DNA of 34,532 bases from Cyclobacteriaceae bacterium (lineage in GTDB: Bacteria; Bacteroidota; Bacteroidia; Cytophagales; Cyclobacteriaceae). The notes beneath the pieces were generated by a model. It did not search any database, was not told the DNA's origin, and saw only the letters and a list, made by a program, of their open reading frames with translations. The position numbers and the translations under genes were made by a program. The DNA is taken from the NCBI GenBank assembly GCA_050288525.1, contig JBNKDZ010000281.1, positions 1 through 34,532 on the forward strand, written 5' to 3'. Position 1 is the first letter of the stretch; every line of letters starts with the position of its first letter. Shown here in pieces: positions 7,698-16,705 of the stretch.

Positions 7698-10600
7698 TCA
7701 TTTTTTTTTCTCCACAATCAATTTCAATTCTTCAATCATATCAGGGTACGTATTCAGCATTTGGTTGATATTGTCAATGTCAAAATTCCGGATGTGTAAC
7801 ATAAGCGCATTTCCATATTTGACTAACCTGAGAATCCCGTGAGATTTTCCTGTATTTATTATTTTTTCCGCAAACAGTTCCATTTTTGCAAATGAAGATG
7901 TATTGCAGGTATCCTGCCATTCTTCAAAATATTCCGTTTCCAATAAGTAAATAACAATTTTTAAGGTATGAAGGTTTAAATCCGGATCCTGAGAATCACT
8001 CAGATCATAATTTTGAATAATACTTGTGTTTTTTTTAAGCAATGAACCAACAGTATGCAGGAGTTTGCTAAGGTCAATTGGCTTCATAAAAACCGCATCA
8101 AATCCTTTCAGCTCAGGTTCCAGTATTTCCTCTGGCTCATAAACAGTTGTTACAGCGATAACAGGAATATTTACAAACTTCTTATCTCTGCGAAGCCTTT
8201 CAAAGGATTCTTTCCAGCTCAATGTTTTACTAACATCCAGAATGATCAGATCCGGTATGTTTTTCTTTGCAAGAACATACAATTTTTTTGACTCCTCTCC
8301 TTCAATCACATTTACTTCTGATCCCCTGAAAAGATTTTTTAATAGTTCCCTGTTGGATGTCTGAGGATCTATCAAAAGGATTGTGACATTATCCAGCCTG
8401 AAGTCGGATATCAGAGATTCCCGTTCAATCAAATGTTTTTTATCTGTTTTTCTGACTTCCACATTCTTAAAAGTTAGCGTAAAAGTAGTACCCTTCCTCG
8501 GAACACTGTCAAGATGGATTTTTCCATTCATCAATTCGGTTAGCTGCTTGGTTATAGCAAGTCCCAATCCTGTACCTTTATACTTTTTCTTGTCCTGATC
8601 ATCCTGTTGTCTGAAAGCATCAAATATCGAATCCTGTACATCCGGAGATATCCCGATGCCAGTATCTTTAATTTTTATTTCGAGTTCGATTTGCTGACCA
8701 TTATCTCTGGAGTAACGTATCTTCCTTGCCACCAGGTGGATTATTCCCTTTTCTGTAAATTTTATTGCGTTATCCACCAGGTTAAGTAAGATCTGACGCA
8801 ACCTTAGCTCATCAAAGAGCAGTCCATCCGGAATGTTATCATCGATATCAATTAAAAATTCGATTCCCTTTTCATTAGCCTTTAGGGAAAAAATATGAAA
8901 CAACTCATTAAAGACTCCCGGTAGATTTACCGGCACCGGCCTCAGGTCCATTTTGGCTGCTTCGATCTTGGACAGGTCCAGAATGTCGTTCAATAAGCTA
9001 AGAAGCGTGTTACCGCTTGATTTTATAGACTGGAGGTAACTCTTGTGTTCGGGCTCTTCAATTCTTGAGAAAAGCAGTTCGGTAAAACCCAATACTGCAT
9101 TCATCGGAGTGCGGATCTCATGAGAGATATTAGCAATAAAGGCGCTTTTGGCATGATTAGCTCTTTCAGCTTCCTCCTTGGCCTTTTTTAATTCGATCTC
9201 AGTAAGTTTATAGGCAGTTATGTCTCGAATAATTACGAGCAATTCATTTTTATTGCTTTCCAGAAGTCTGGTTTCAAAAAAATATTCACTTTCATCCTCT
9301 GAAACGGTGAATTCAAATGTCTGCATTTTATTACTGCTAAATGCCAGATCTATATTTTTCTTAAAAATAGTACAGAACCGGAATGGAAAGATATCTGTAT
9401 AATGTTTGTCAATTTCCACTGTATCAAGAAATATCTTATGATTTCCTGTGATGTATGCATTTCGTAAAATGCCTTCTCTGTCAAACGTAAGGATAATATC
9501 AGGAATAAGCTTTAACAAGGCTTTCTGGTACAACTCACTTTCTTTAAGACGTTTTTCTGCCAGAACTCTGTTGGTGATGTCGTTGGTAATGGCCACGACA
9601 GAATTTAGTTTTCCGGATTCATGAAATATCGGAAATACCAATTCGTCAAGGATCCTTTTATCTGAATTTTTTTTCCGTCCTGTTTTGGGATCAAAAACAT
9701 CCAGAATGAGTTCCCTGTTGATTGTTTGTCCTTCTTTAAAGACCTTTTTAAAGACATCATGCATTCCTAACGGTTTTACTACCGGATCTTTTAACAGGTT
9801 AAACTCTCCGATCCCAATATTCTTTTCATGAATCCCCAGGTATTTCATCTGAGTGTCGTTCATGCGCATAGTAAAACCATTCGGATCAAAAATGTGCAGT
9901 CCCAAGGGTAAATTATCGATGATGCTATCCAGAAATTGTTTGCTTTCGGCAAGGGCAATTTCCATCTCTCTTGAGTGCGTAATATCCTTAATAGCACCCA
10001 TGTAGGTCTCTTTCTCTGCTCTCTTCTTCAAATAGTCGGTTACCCAGACGAGCCTGCCTGATTTTGTTTTAATCCGATAGCTGGCGTGGAAATTGCTTTT
10101 TGGAGACAGGATCTTAATCTCCGGAAGGATCAGGTTATCCAGGTCATCTGAATAAATGATGGAATGCCACCCTTTCGGCATACTGTTTATCTCATCGACA
10201 GTATATCCCGATAATTTTTCAAGTGAGCCACTGGTCCAGTCAAATTGTAATCCATTACTAGCAGTAATCTTTCCGGAATACATAAAATCAGAGGTCAGTT
10301 CCGAAACAATACGATGTCGCTCCTCACTTTTTAATAATGCTGCCTGGATCTTTTTTTCCTCTGTGATATTATCCTTTATGCCGATATAATGGGTAATCTT
10401 GTTCTCGGCATTAAAAACAGGCGAAATAATAGCTTTTTCCCAATAGAATTCGCCATTCTTTTTCCTGTTCCTGAATTCACCATACCATGTCTTACCAGCT
10501 GATATGGTTTCCCATAAATACTTATAATAGGATTTCTTATGAAAGGTTGTCTTGAGTATTCTTGGGTTCTTTCCTATCGCCTCACTTTGGGTATAACCGG

Positions 10601-11780
10601 TTACGGTACAAAATGCGGTATTCACATATTCAATTGTCCCTTTGGCATTGGTAATTACAACACTCGACAGACTCTGATCAATAGCTGTCTTCAGTTTGAT
10701 AATTTCCTGTTCGGAATTTCTTCTTCGGGTGATGTCTCTGACCGATGAAGCACGCATTCTCTGGCTTTTATTCCCAATTAATTTTGAACGAACTTCAACA
10801 TATATCTCTTTCCTGTCTTTTCGGATCATCGGAAGTTCAAAATGTGAAATCTCTGTTGTCCGGAGACTTCTCGAAAGGATATCATTTGTTTCCGGAGTGC
10901 CTAGCAGGCGAATGATATTTTCTCCGATCAGTTCATGCTTGCTATAACCTGTTAAACTACTAAACGATTCATTACAATCAATCACCACTTCAGCCATATG
11001 AATAACGATCCCTTCAAAAGCCAGATCGGTTTTCATAATATACCGGTAGTCATTTTCCCTGTTATAGCTGGCCGGTTTATCTGTATTCTGATCCTGGCAT
11101 AAGACCACTATGATTACTTCGGAAGGTTTTTTGGATGGAATTATGCTGATATTTACCGGAACAGTTTTTCCCTCAATCTTTTTTGTAATTATGAAATCTG
11201 TTCTTAATCCTTCATTAATTGTTTTCAGGATCATGTTTTTTATGATCCCTTGTTTTTCAGGATCAAAAAAATCATAAACGGATGAATTTAAAGACAATTC
11301 CGGGAAAGGCTCTTCTGTCGATTTAAAGGTGATGATTCCTTTGTCGTTAACAAATATGACCTTAAAACAATTATCATTTTGAGCGGTAGGCAGGCGTTTT
11401 TTTTCTCCGGAAAGGAGCACATCAATCCTGGATCTGATTTCCTCATTTCGCAGTGGTTTGTAAATCAACGTACAATCCCTGATCAGAGGTGTTATCTCTC
11501 CGGCTCTGACACCTTCTTCTCCAACCAGAATCCACAAATTCCCGGGACGCATGAAAAGGCTGTTATAGTAATCAGGTGTCAAATTTGTGGAAAGTAAGCT
11601 GTCCAGATCAAGTATCAAAAGGTCAGCCTTGCTAAACGCAGGGATATTTTCAAATAGTATTTCAGGAGCAATGTGTAAAGCATCAATACCGGCTTTTCTC
11701 AGAAGTGTTAAAAGGCTTTTCACCGAATTATCTTCATGGCTGAAGATATAACATACAAATTGCTTGTTTGATCCTTTCAT
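7698..11780 (-). CDS. Multi-PAS hybrid sensor histidine kinase (REC-like, about 5 PAS/PAC, HisKA, HATPase, REC, HPt-like tail)
   Basis: ATG at 11780. N-terminal REC-like region (LLILDLD, IYKPL). Repeated PAS/PAC-like segments (e.g. VNTAFCTVTGYTQSEAIGKNPRILK ... GEFYWEKAIISPV). H-box FIANISHEIRTPMNAV. N/G boxes NLVDNAIKFT and DTGIGI...GTGLGLAI. Second REC (LIILDVS, FMKPI). C-terminal helical tail. Confidence 0.9.
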   Translation of the reverse strand: MKGSNKQFVCYIFSHEDNSVKSLLTLLRKAGIDALHIAPEILFENIPAFSKADLLILDLDSLLSTNLTPDYYNSLFMRPGNLWILVGEEGVRAGEITPLIRDCTLIYKPLRNEEIRSRIDVLLSGEKKRLPTAQNDNCFKVIFVNDKGIITFKSTEEPFPELSLNSSVYDFFDPEKQGIIKNMILKTINEGLRTDFIITKKIEGKTVPVNISIIPSKKPSEVIIVVLCQDQNTDKPASYNRENDYRYIMKTDLAFEGIVIHMAEVVIDCNESFSSLTGYSKHELIGENIIRLLGTPETNDILSRSLRTTEISHFELPMIRKDRKEIYVEVRSKLIGNKSQRMRASSVRDITRRRNSEQEIIKLKTAIDQSLSSVVITNAKGTIEYVNTAFCTVTGYTQSEAIGKNPRILKTTFHKKSYYKYLWETISAGKTWYGEFRNRKKNGEFYWEKAIISPVFNAENKITHYIGIKDNITEEKKIQAALLKSEERHRIVSELTSDFMYSGKITASNGLQFDWTSGSLEKLSGYTVDEINSMPKGWHSIIYSDDLDNLILPEIKILSPKSNFHASYRIKTKSGRLVWVTDYLKKRAEKETYMGAIKDITHSREMEIALAESKQFLDSIIDNLPLGLHIFDPNGFTMRMNDTQMKYLGIHEKNIGIGEFNLLKDPVVKPLGMHDVFKKVFKEGQTINRELILDVFDPKTGRKKNSDKRILDELVFPIFHESGKLNSVVAITNDITNRVLAEKRLKESELYQKALLKLIPDIILTFDREGILRNAYITGNHKIFLDTVEIDKHYTDIFPFRFCTIFKKNIDLAFSSNKMQTFEFTVSEDESEYFFETRLLESNKNELLVIIRDITAYKLTEIELKKAKEEAERANHAKSAFIANISHEIRTPMNAVLGFTELLFSRIEEPEHKSYLQSIKSSGNTLLSLLNDILDLSKIEAAKMDLRPVPVNLPGVFNELFHIFSLKANEKGIEFLIDIDDNIPDGLLFDELRLRQILLNLVDNAIKFTEKGIIHLVARKIRYSRDNGQQIELEIKIKDTGIGISPDVQDSIFDAFRQQDDQDKKKYKGTGLGLAITKQLTELMNGKIHLDSVPRKGTTFTLTFKNVEVRKTDKKHLIERESLISDFRLDNVTILLIDPQTSNRELLKNLFRGSEVNVIEGEESKKLYVLAKKNIPDLIILDVSKTLSWKESFERLRRDKKFVNIPVIAVTTVYEPEEILEPELKGFDAVFMKPIDLSKLLHTVGSLLKKNTSIIQNYDLSDSQDPDLNLHTLKIVIYLLETEYFEEWQDTCNTSSFAKMELFAEKIINTGKSHGILRLVKYGNALMLHIRNFDIDNINQMLNTYPDMIEELKLIVEKKK

Positions 11781-11897
11781 CTGGGTTTATCAGGGTTTCT
11801 TAATTCGCCATTTCTCCCATAATAAATATAATAACTGAGACTATAGAATACTAATAGAATTTAAAATGAAATCAACGTACCGGATACATGATTTGGG

Positions 11898-12899
11898 CTA
11901 ATATTCTGGTTTTTCCCATTTTCCTGTTTCGACAGATCTGAAAATTGCTTTTAGAACAGCAGTGTTCTTCAGTGTATCTTCAAGCGGAACAGGTACTTCC
12001 GTTTTTTGTATCACAGCCAACGAAAAGGCATCACCCTGAATGGTATACTGATCACAGGCGGCGAGTTCTACATACGATTTTTCAGGAGTGAAGCCCCCTT
12101 CATCAATGCTGATCCTTTCAGGTCTGTCGTTGGGATGGAAAAACGGAATCTCAATTTCCATCTTTTTTTGTGTTCCGTAGATAATGGTCCTCTGAGTCGG
12201 CACCATTTGAGTACTGACGGTAAAACTGCATTGAACAGAAGGGTAAACCATAATTACAGAAGCAAGAATATCCGTTTCAAATTCCGGATGATTATCCAAA
12301 CAGGCAATCACACGTAACGGCTCTTCTCCTAGCAGGTGTCGTGTTGTATGAACAGGGTAACAACCGATATCCCATACGCCTCCTCCGCCAAAATCTTTAA
12401 CATTACGAATATTTTTCGGATCGTCCATATAGTAACTAAAATGACTTTGGATGGCCATTAATTTTCCGATCTCCCCGTTTTTCGTACGTTTTTTTGCTTC
12501 TGCCCATTGGGGCTGGGTACGGACCATAAAAGCTTCACCTACTTTCAGACCATACATATCACGTATTTTTATTAGTTCTTTTACTTCTTCCGTACTTAGA
12601 GCCAATGGTTTTTCACATAATACATGTTTGCCATGTTCGAGTGATTTCCGAATCCATTCAAAATGCAAATGATTTGGCAAAGGATTGTAGATGGCATCAA
12701 TTTCATCATCCTTCAGCAAATCCTCATATAATCCGTAATATCGCTCTATTCCAAGCTTTTCTGCTGCAGCTTTCGCCGAATCTATATTTCTTGAAGCTAT
12801 TGCAGTAACTTCCGTATACTCCCCCTTTTGCATGGCAGGAATAACATGATCCATCCCAATTTTTGCTGTACTAAGTATTCCCCATTTAATTTTTTTCAT
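11898..12899 (-). CDS. Gfo/Idh/MocA family NAD(P)-dependent oxidoreductase
   Basis: N-terminal Rossmann segment IKWGILSTAKIG, the CEKPLALS motif and a typical length of 333 aa. Confidence 0.88.
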   Translation of the reverse strand: MKKIKWGILSTAKIGMDHVIPAMQKGEYTEVTAIASRNIDSAKAAAEKLGIERYYGLYEDLLKDDEIDAIYNPLPNHLHFEWIRKSLEHGKHVLCEKPLALSTEEVKELIKIRDMYGLKVGEAFMVRTQPQWAEAKKRTKNGEIGKLMAIQSHFSYYMDDPKNIRNVKDFGGGGVWDIGCYPVHTTRHLLGEEPLRVIACLDNHPEFETDILASVIMVYPSVQCSFTVSTQMVPTQRTIIYGTQKKMEIEIPFFHPNDRPERISIDEGGFTPEKSYVELAACDQYTIQGDAFSLAVIQKTEVPVPLEDTLKNTAVLKAIFRSVETGKWEKPEY

Positions 12900-13004
12900 T
12901 TTTTTTGTGTTTTGGCGTGATATTAATTACTAAATCGTCCGAAAATTTTATATTGAAACCTTTTAAAGAAATTTCAGTACAATAAACCAATTAATCAAAT
13001 CGCT

Positions 13005-14084
13005 TTGAAAAGATTTTTAAAAATAATACTAATTCTGGTCGGTATCTCCATCGCTGCTTATATAAGTATTAACTATTATCTGAAAGAATATGCAAAAGAT
13101 CTGGTTGAACGGATTCAACCCAAGCTGTTAGAACAAGGAATTATAATAGAAGAAATCACATACAAGAACGTTAAATTAAACTCCCTGAGAAGTATAAATA
13201 TTCACGATTTCAAACTAAAATTTCATCTGAACAGGGAGTTTTACGGAAAAAAATCGTTCGATGCGGATTTTAATGCTGACAATATTAAAGTCATCCTTGC
13301 CGACATCGACAGCCCTTCCGTTTTTTTTACCATTTCCAATTTTAACCTGAATATTATTCCGAATGAAGATTCGCCCAAAAAAACCAATGGTAAGTTTGAA
13401 AACGGATATCTGAGATGCCGGATACCCATATACCTCAATGATCCTGAAGAGTCTGTCAGGGAAATTCTTGATCAGATGAATGCCTTGTTTCATGAAAACA
13501 AAATATCCATGGATATTGATTTCAGGAGTGATGTTCACCTGGGCATCGATGATAAAGAAGTGAAGGTCGGACTATTCACGGTCCGGGAAGATTCAATTAT
13601 ACGTATGAAATTTATTTCTTCGGATGTGATCGCCGCCGCCAAAGAGTTTGATCTGGACCTGTCTGAAAAGGAAGCCAACGTCATTTCCAACTATCCCAAC
13701 AGGGTAGCTGCTTTGATAAAAATATCCAGAGACGCCAAACGGATATCTGAGAAAGCCGGTGAAGGAAAAACGGGTTTTCCGAAAGATGCCGTAAAACATA
13801 TTTACTGGAGTTATCATCTCTCCAAAGAGTTCGGGACTGATTTTGCAAAAGAAATCGCTGATGCGCACGAAACGGAAATAAAAAATACACATGCTGAACA
13901 TTTGATGGACTATCACAATAATGAGATCGCCCGAAGATATGCAGAAGAAAATCTATCAATAGATGAGCTAACCCAAAGGGTATTACATTCGGATGATATC
14001 ATTCGATTTCCAAAAGACGTATCCGGAAAGAAAATCCTCGGACTACCTGATTCGCTCGAAGCAGAGACGAATACACCAAAGTGA
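13005..14084 (+). CDS. Hypothetical N-terminally membrane-anchored protein with a C-terminal H..W / HE / MDxHNN motif region
   Basis: The frame opens after the TGA at 12954-12956, and no in-frame ATG precedes the TM helix, so the TTG at 13005 is the likely start. One N-terminal TM (ILILVGISIAAYISINYY). The C-terminal block is DAVKHIYWSYHLSKEFGTDFAKEIADAHETE...HLMDYHNNEIARRY. Confidence 0.6.
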   Translation: MKRFLKIILILVGISIAAYISINYYLKEYAKDLVERIQPKLLEQGIIIEEITYKNVKLNSLRSINIHDFKLKFHLNREFYGKKSFDADFNADNIKVILADIDSPSVFFTISNFNLNIIPNEDSPKKTNGKFENGYLRCRIPIYLNDPEESVREILDQMNALFHENKISMDIDFRSDVHLGIDDKEVKVGLFTVREDSIIRMKFISSDVIAAAKEFDLDLSEKEANVISNYPNRVAALIKISRDAKRISEKAGEGKTGFPKDAVKHIYWSYHLSKEFGTDFAKEIADAHETEIKNTHAEHLMDYHNNEIARRYAEENLSIDELTQRVLHSDDIIRFPKDVSGKKILGLPDSLEAETNTPK

Positions 14085-14091
14085 TCTGATA

Positions 14092-15582
14092 TTATTTATC
14101 CAGGCCTATTTGTAATAAGGTACGCTTTGTATTCATAAGTCCGTTTGAAACGGCACATACCAGAACCGTGTTATCATCCAGCCAGCAGGAATATTTTTTT
14201 GCAAATACATATTTTGTTTTTTCAAACAAGCTTGTGTTTTCACACAGATCCCCGTCATCGGTGTTGATCTTTAACACATAAAAATTGCCTCCATCTGAAG
14301 AGTCATAGATCAGCATACTGAAAATATCATTTTTTATATACGGTACATACGACAATCCGAGGCTGTTGCTTTGACTGTACTGTGTTTTCTGGATCACTTT
14401 TTGCCATTTCAAGTCTCCCGCAACAGAATAGCAAAACATCAGCATATCTTCACCAAAGTATTCCCTTTTTTCTTCTTTGGTTTCCCATTCCATATTGTCG
14501 CCGGAAGGCCAGTTGTGATAAATGCCGGGTGATTGAAGCCGCTCAAACACCAATACAATATCATTTTTGGAGTTTGTGTACTGATCAACCAAGTAGAAGT
14601 TTTTCAGATTTGAAGGAACCTTGCTTTCCTGATTATCATTTGTAGTGTAGGTCTCCGTATACAGGTTTGAGATTGCTGTTGAATCGAAATCGTAAATATT
14701 GCTGTACATGGTGTATTTAAGGATCACATTAAATCCTGACATGCCAAATCCGATGAGATCACCCTCCTGCATCGCAGAGAACGTTACCAGATAGGAGCTT
14801 ACACTTTGACGATGGATCAGCAGATGATCGATTTTTTGCGGAGCCGTACCAAATGAGAATTTACTCTCCATCACAACAGGCGTTTCCGATTTATTCTGCC
14901 AGAAATCAGCCCGTATCCTTGAATTATCTATGTCAGCATAGGCAAAGAACAAATCTCCGTTGTTGTAAAGAAAAATATTATTTGCAGCTTCAAAATCAAC
15001 CAGATCCTTTTCGATAGATACCACTTTGTACGGAGCGCTTTCTTCGATATTGTACATCTGGAAAATCGCTTTTTTCAAGGTATCCTCTTCGAACAGGCAA
15101 TTATATACCACGAACTTTGATTTATCCTGACTAAAGGAAATTTTAGGTGTGATATTATCCGAACATTCCTGTACAAGGTTTTTAATATCGCTGAACAGTT
15201 CTTCACCGGTTACGGCATCGTACATTTTAAAGGATAATCCGGTACAGGTGGTGTCTGTTGGCTTGACAAAATTAAAAACCACTATGGAATCATTCTTTAA
15301 GAATACCTGGGGAACACTTTCGTGTGCGCCAAACCGAATCTCTTTTACCCATTTTTTGTCAAATTCCTGATTATATCTTCCCAGACGAAACAGCTTATCG
15401 TCCCCCTCCTGAAACATAATAAATTCACCGCTGTCCAATCCGAATGCATAAGGAGTGTCCTGTATTAAAAAAGGCTTTTTGTATTCCATTACTTTTTCAG
15501 AATACACCTGCTGCGCAAAAAGTTCACTGCTAAAAGCAATTAATACGATGAGTATAATTGGTAAAATATTGGATACCTTCAT
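14092..15582 (-). CDS. Hypothetical secreted protein (beta-rich), no recognised family
   Basis: ATG at 15582. Signal peptide MKVSNILPIILIVLIAFSSELFAQQ. A 496-aa uninterrupted ORF in an AT-rich stretch. I recognise no motif. Confidence 0.65.
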   Translation of the reverse strand: MKVSNILPIILIVLIAFSSELFAQQVYSEKVMEYKKPFLIQDTPYAFGLDSGEFIMFQEGDDKLFRLGRYNQEFDKKWVKEIRFGAHESVPQVFLKNDSIVVFNFVKPTDTTCTGLSFKMYDAVTGEELFSDIKNLVQECSDNITPKISFSQDKSKFVVYNCLFEEDTLKKAIFQMYNIEESAPYKVVSIEKDLVDFEAANNIFLYNNGDLFFAYADIDNSRIRADFWQNKSETPVVMESKFSFGTAPQKIDHLLIHRQSVSSYLVTFSAMQEGDLIGFGMSGFNVILKYTMYSNIYDFDSTAISNLYTETYTTNDNQESKVPSNLKNFYLVDQYTNSKNDIVLVFERLQSPGIYHNWPSGDNMEWETKEEKREYFGEDMLMFCYSVAGDLKWQKVIQKTQYSQSNSLGLSYVPYIKNDIFSMLIYDSSDGGNFYVLKINTDDGDLCENTSLFEKTKYVFAKKYSCWLDDNTVLVCAVSNGLMNTKRTLLQIGLDK

Positions 15583-15874
15583 GTATTAAAAGTTGGATAC
15601 ATAACATAAAAGTACAAAAAATTATCGAAAAATGTCAAATAATACGTAATAAAAATCTCCTGAGGCAACAAATTCGAAGATATATAAATGTGAGGTTTCG
15701 TATCATTCACATCTTTTATCATCAAAATCATAATTCAAAGAAACATTTTCTTTACAAAAGGATTTGTTCTTTCTTATAGAAAATATACTGCAAACCCTTT
15801 AAAATTAGACTTTTACAGTATTCTATGGATTTATAAATCGTACTATTCAATTTCATTAAATTAAAATATCCCTG

Positions 15875-15920
15875 AAAACCCCCTTTAAGGGCACGAAACT
15901 TCTCAAAAAGGGGCTTTTTT
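15875..15920. terminator. Weak bidirectional hairpin, possibly the terminator of the Nfu-containing operon
   Basis: cccc(t) at 15880-15886 pairs with (a)gggg at 15907-15913. A-runs upstream and ctttttt downstream mean T-tracts follow on both strands. The large loop makes it a weak candidate. Confidence 0.3.
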
Positions 15921-16100
15921 ATGTTTTCCCTGATTTATAAATTTTTCACTTAAAATCAACGTTCTTGTCCTAATGTACTCTTTGAGTGTTTTTTGAATAT
16001 TTTACTCCCTCAGGTAATGTTGGTAATTTAAGAGGAACAAGGATTTTTGCACAAGGCATGCTTACTTATCTACCTAATAGAGCAGAGAACAAATATCTAC

Positions 16101-16685
16101 TTACATTTCTTCTGCTTCAACAGCCTGTACTTCCGGGATCATACTTTTCAGGAGATTTTCAATGCCGGATTTAAGGGTGATCATTGCTGAAGGACATCCG
16201 CTGCAGGAACCCTGCAATAATACTTTTACCACACCATCTTTATAGGAATGATATTCAATGGCACCGCCATCCTGTTCAACAGCAGGTCGTACATACTCTT
16301 CAAGGAGGGTTTTCACTTTTGCACCAACTTCAGAAATATTTTCTTCCTGATTTCCGGTATTACCGGTCTCAGACAAAATTGGTTTCCCTGATTCGATATA
16401 GCTTTTAATATGATTTTTAAGTACATCCTGAATCTCAGGCCAGGATATTTCTTCGCTTTTGGTGACCGTAATAAAATTGCTCATATAAAAAACCCGCTTC
16501 ACAAAATCATAACCGAAGAGTTCTTCAGCCAGAGGAGCCGATGCAGCACTTTCTTTGTCAGCAAAATCATAATTGCTTCCCGGAGGCACCAACATTACAT
16601 CCGCCACAAATTTCAGCGAATTGGGATTGGGATTTGATTCCAGGTATATATTGATATTTTTTTTGTCTTCCATATTCATTGACAT
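16101..16685 (-). CDS. NifU/Nfu-family Fe-S cluster assembly or carrier protein
   Basis: Nfu N-terminal-like segment NIYLESNPNPNSLKF and a NifU C-terminal domain with the C-x-x-C motif GSCSGCPSA. The start is ambiguous among Met1, Met3 and Met5. Confidence 0.85.
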   Translation of the reverse strand: MSMNMEDKKNINIYLESNPNPNSLKFVADVMLVPPGSNYDFADKESAASAPLAEELFGYDFVKRVFYMSNFITVTKSEEISWPEIQDVLKNHIKSYIESGKPILSETGNTGNQEENISEVGAKVKTLLEEYVRPAVEQDGGAIEYHSYKDGVVKVLLQGSCSGCPSAMITLKSGIENLLKSMIPEVQAVEAEEM

Positions 16686-16705
16686 TTTTTACTTATAACT
16701 ACTTT

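Noticed and set aside
7694-7717. TTG-initiated extensions of ORFs (7717 here, and similarly 18004 and 20597)
   Set aside because: In each case an in-frame ATG a few codons downstream gives a sensible N-terminus and removes or shrinks overlaps. The track's starts are simply the first permitted start codon.
15558-16174. ORFs 15558-15779 (73 aa) and 15986-16174 (62 aa) in or around the long gap
   Set aside because: Both are basic, low-complexity translations of AT-rich DNA. The first overlaps the start of the 14092-15582 gene and the second overlaps the Nfu 3' end. No signal or motif supports either.
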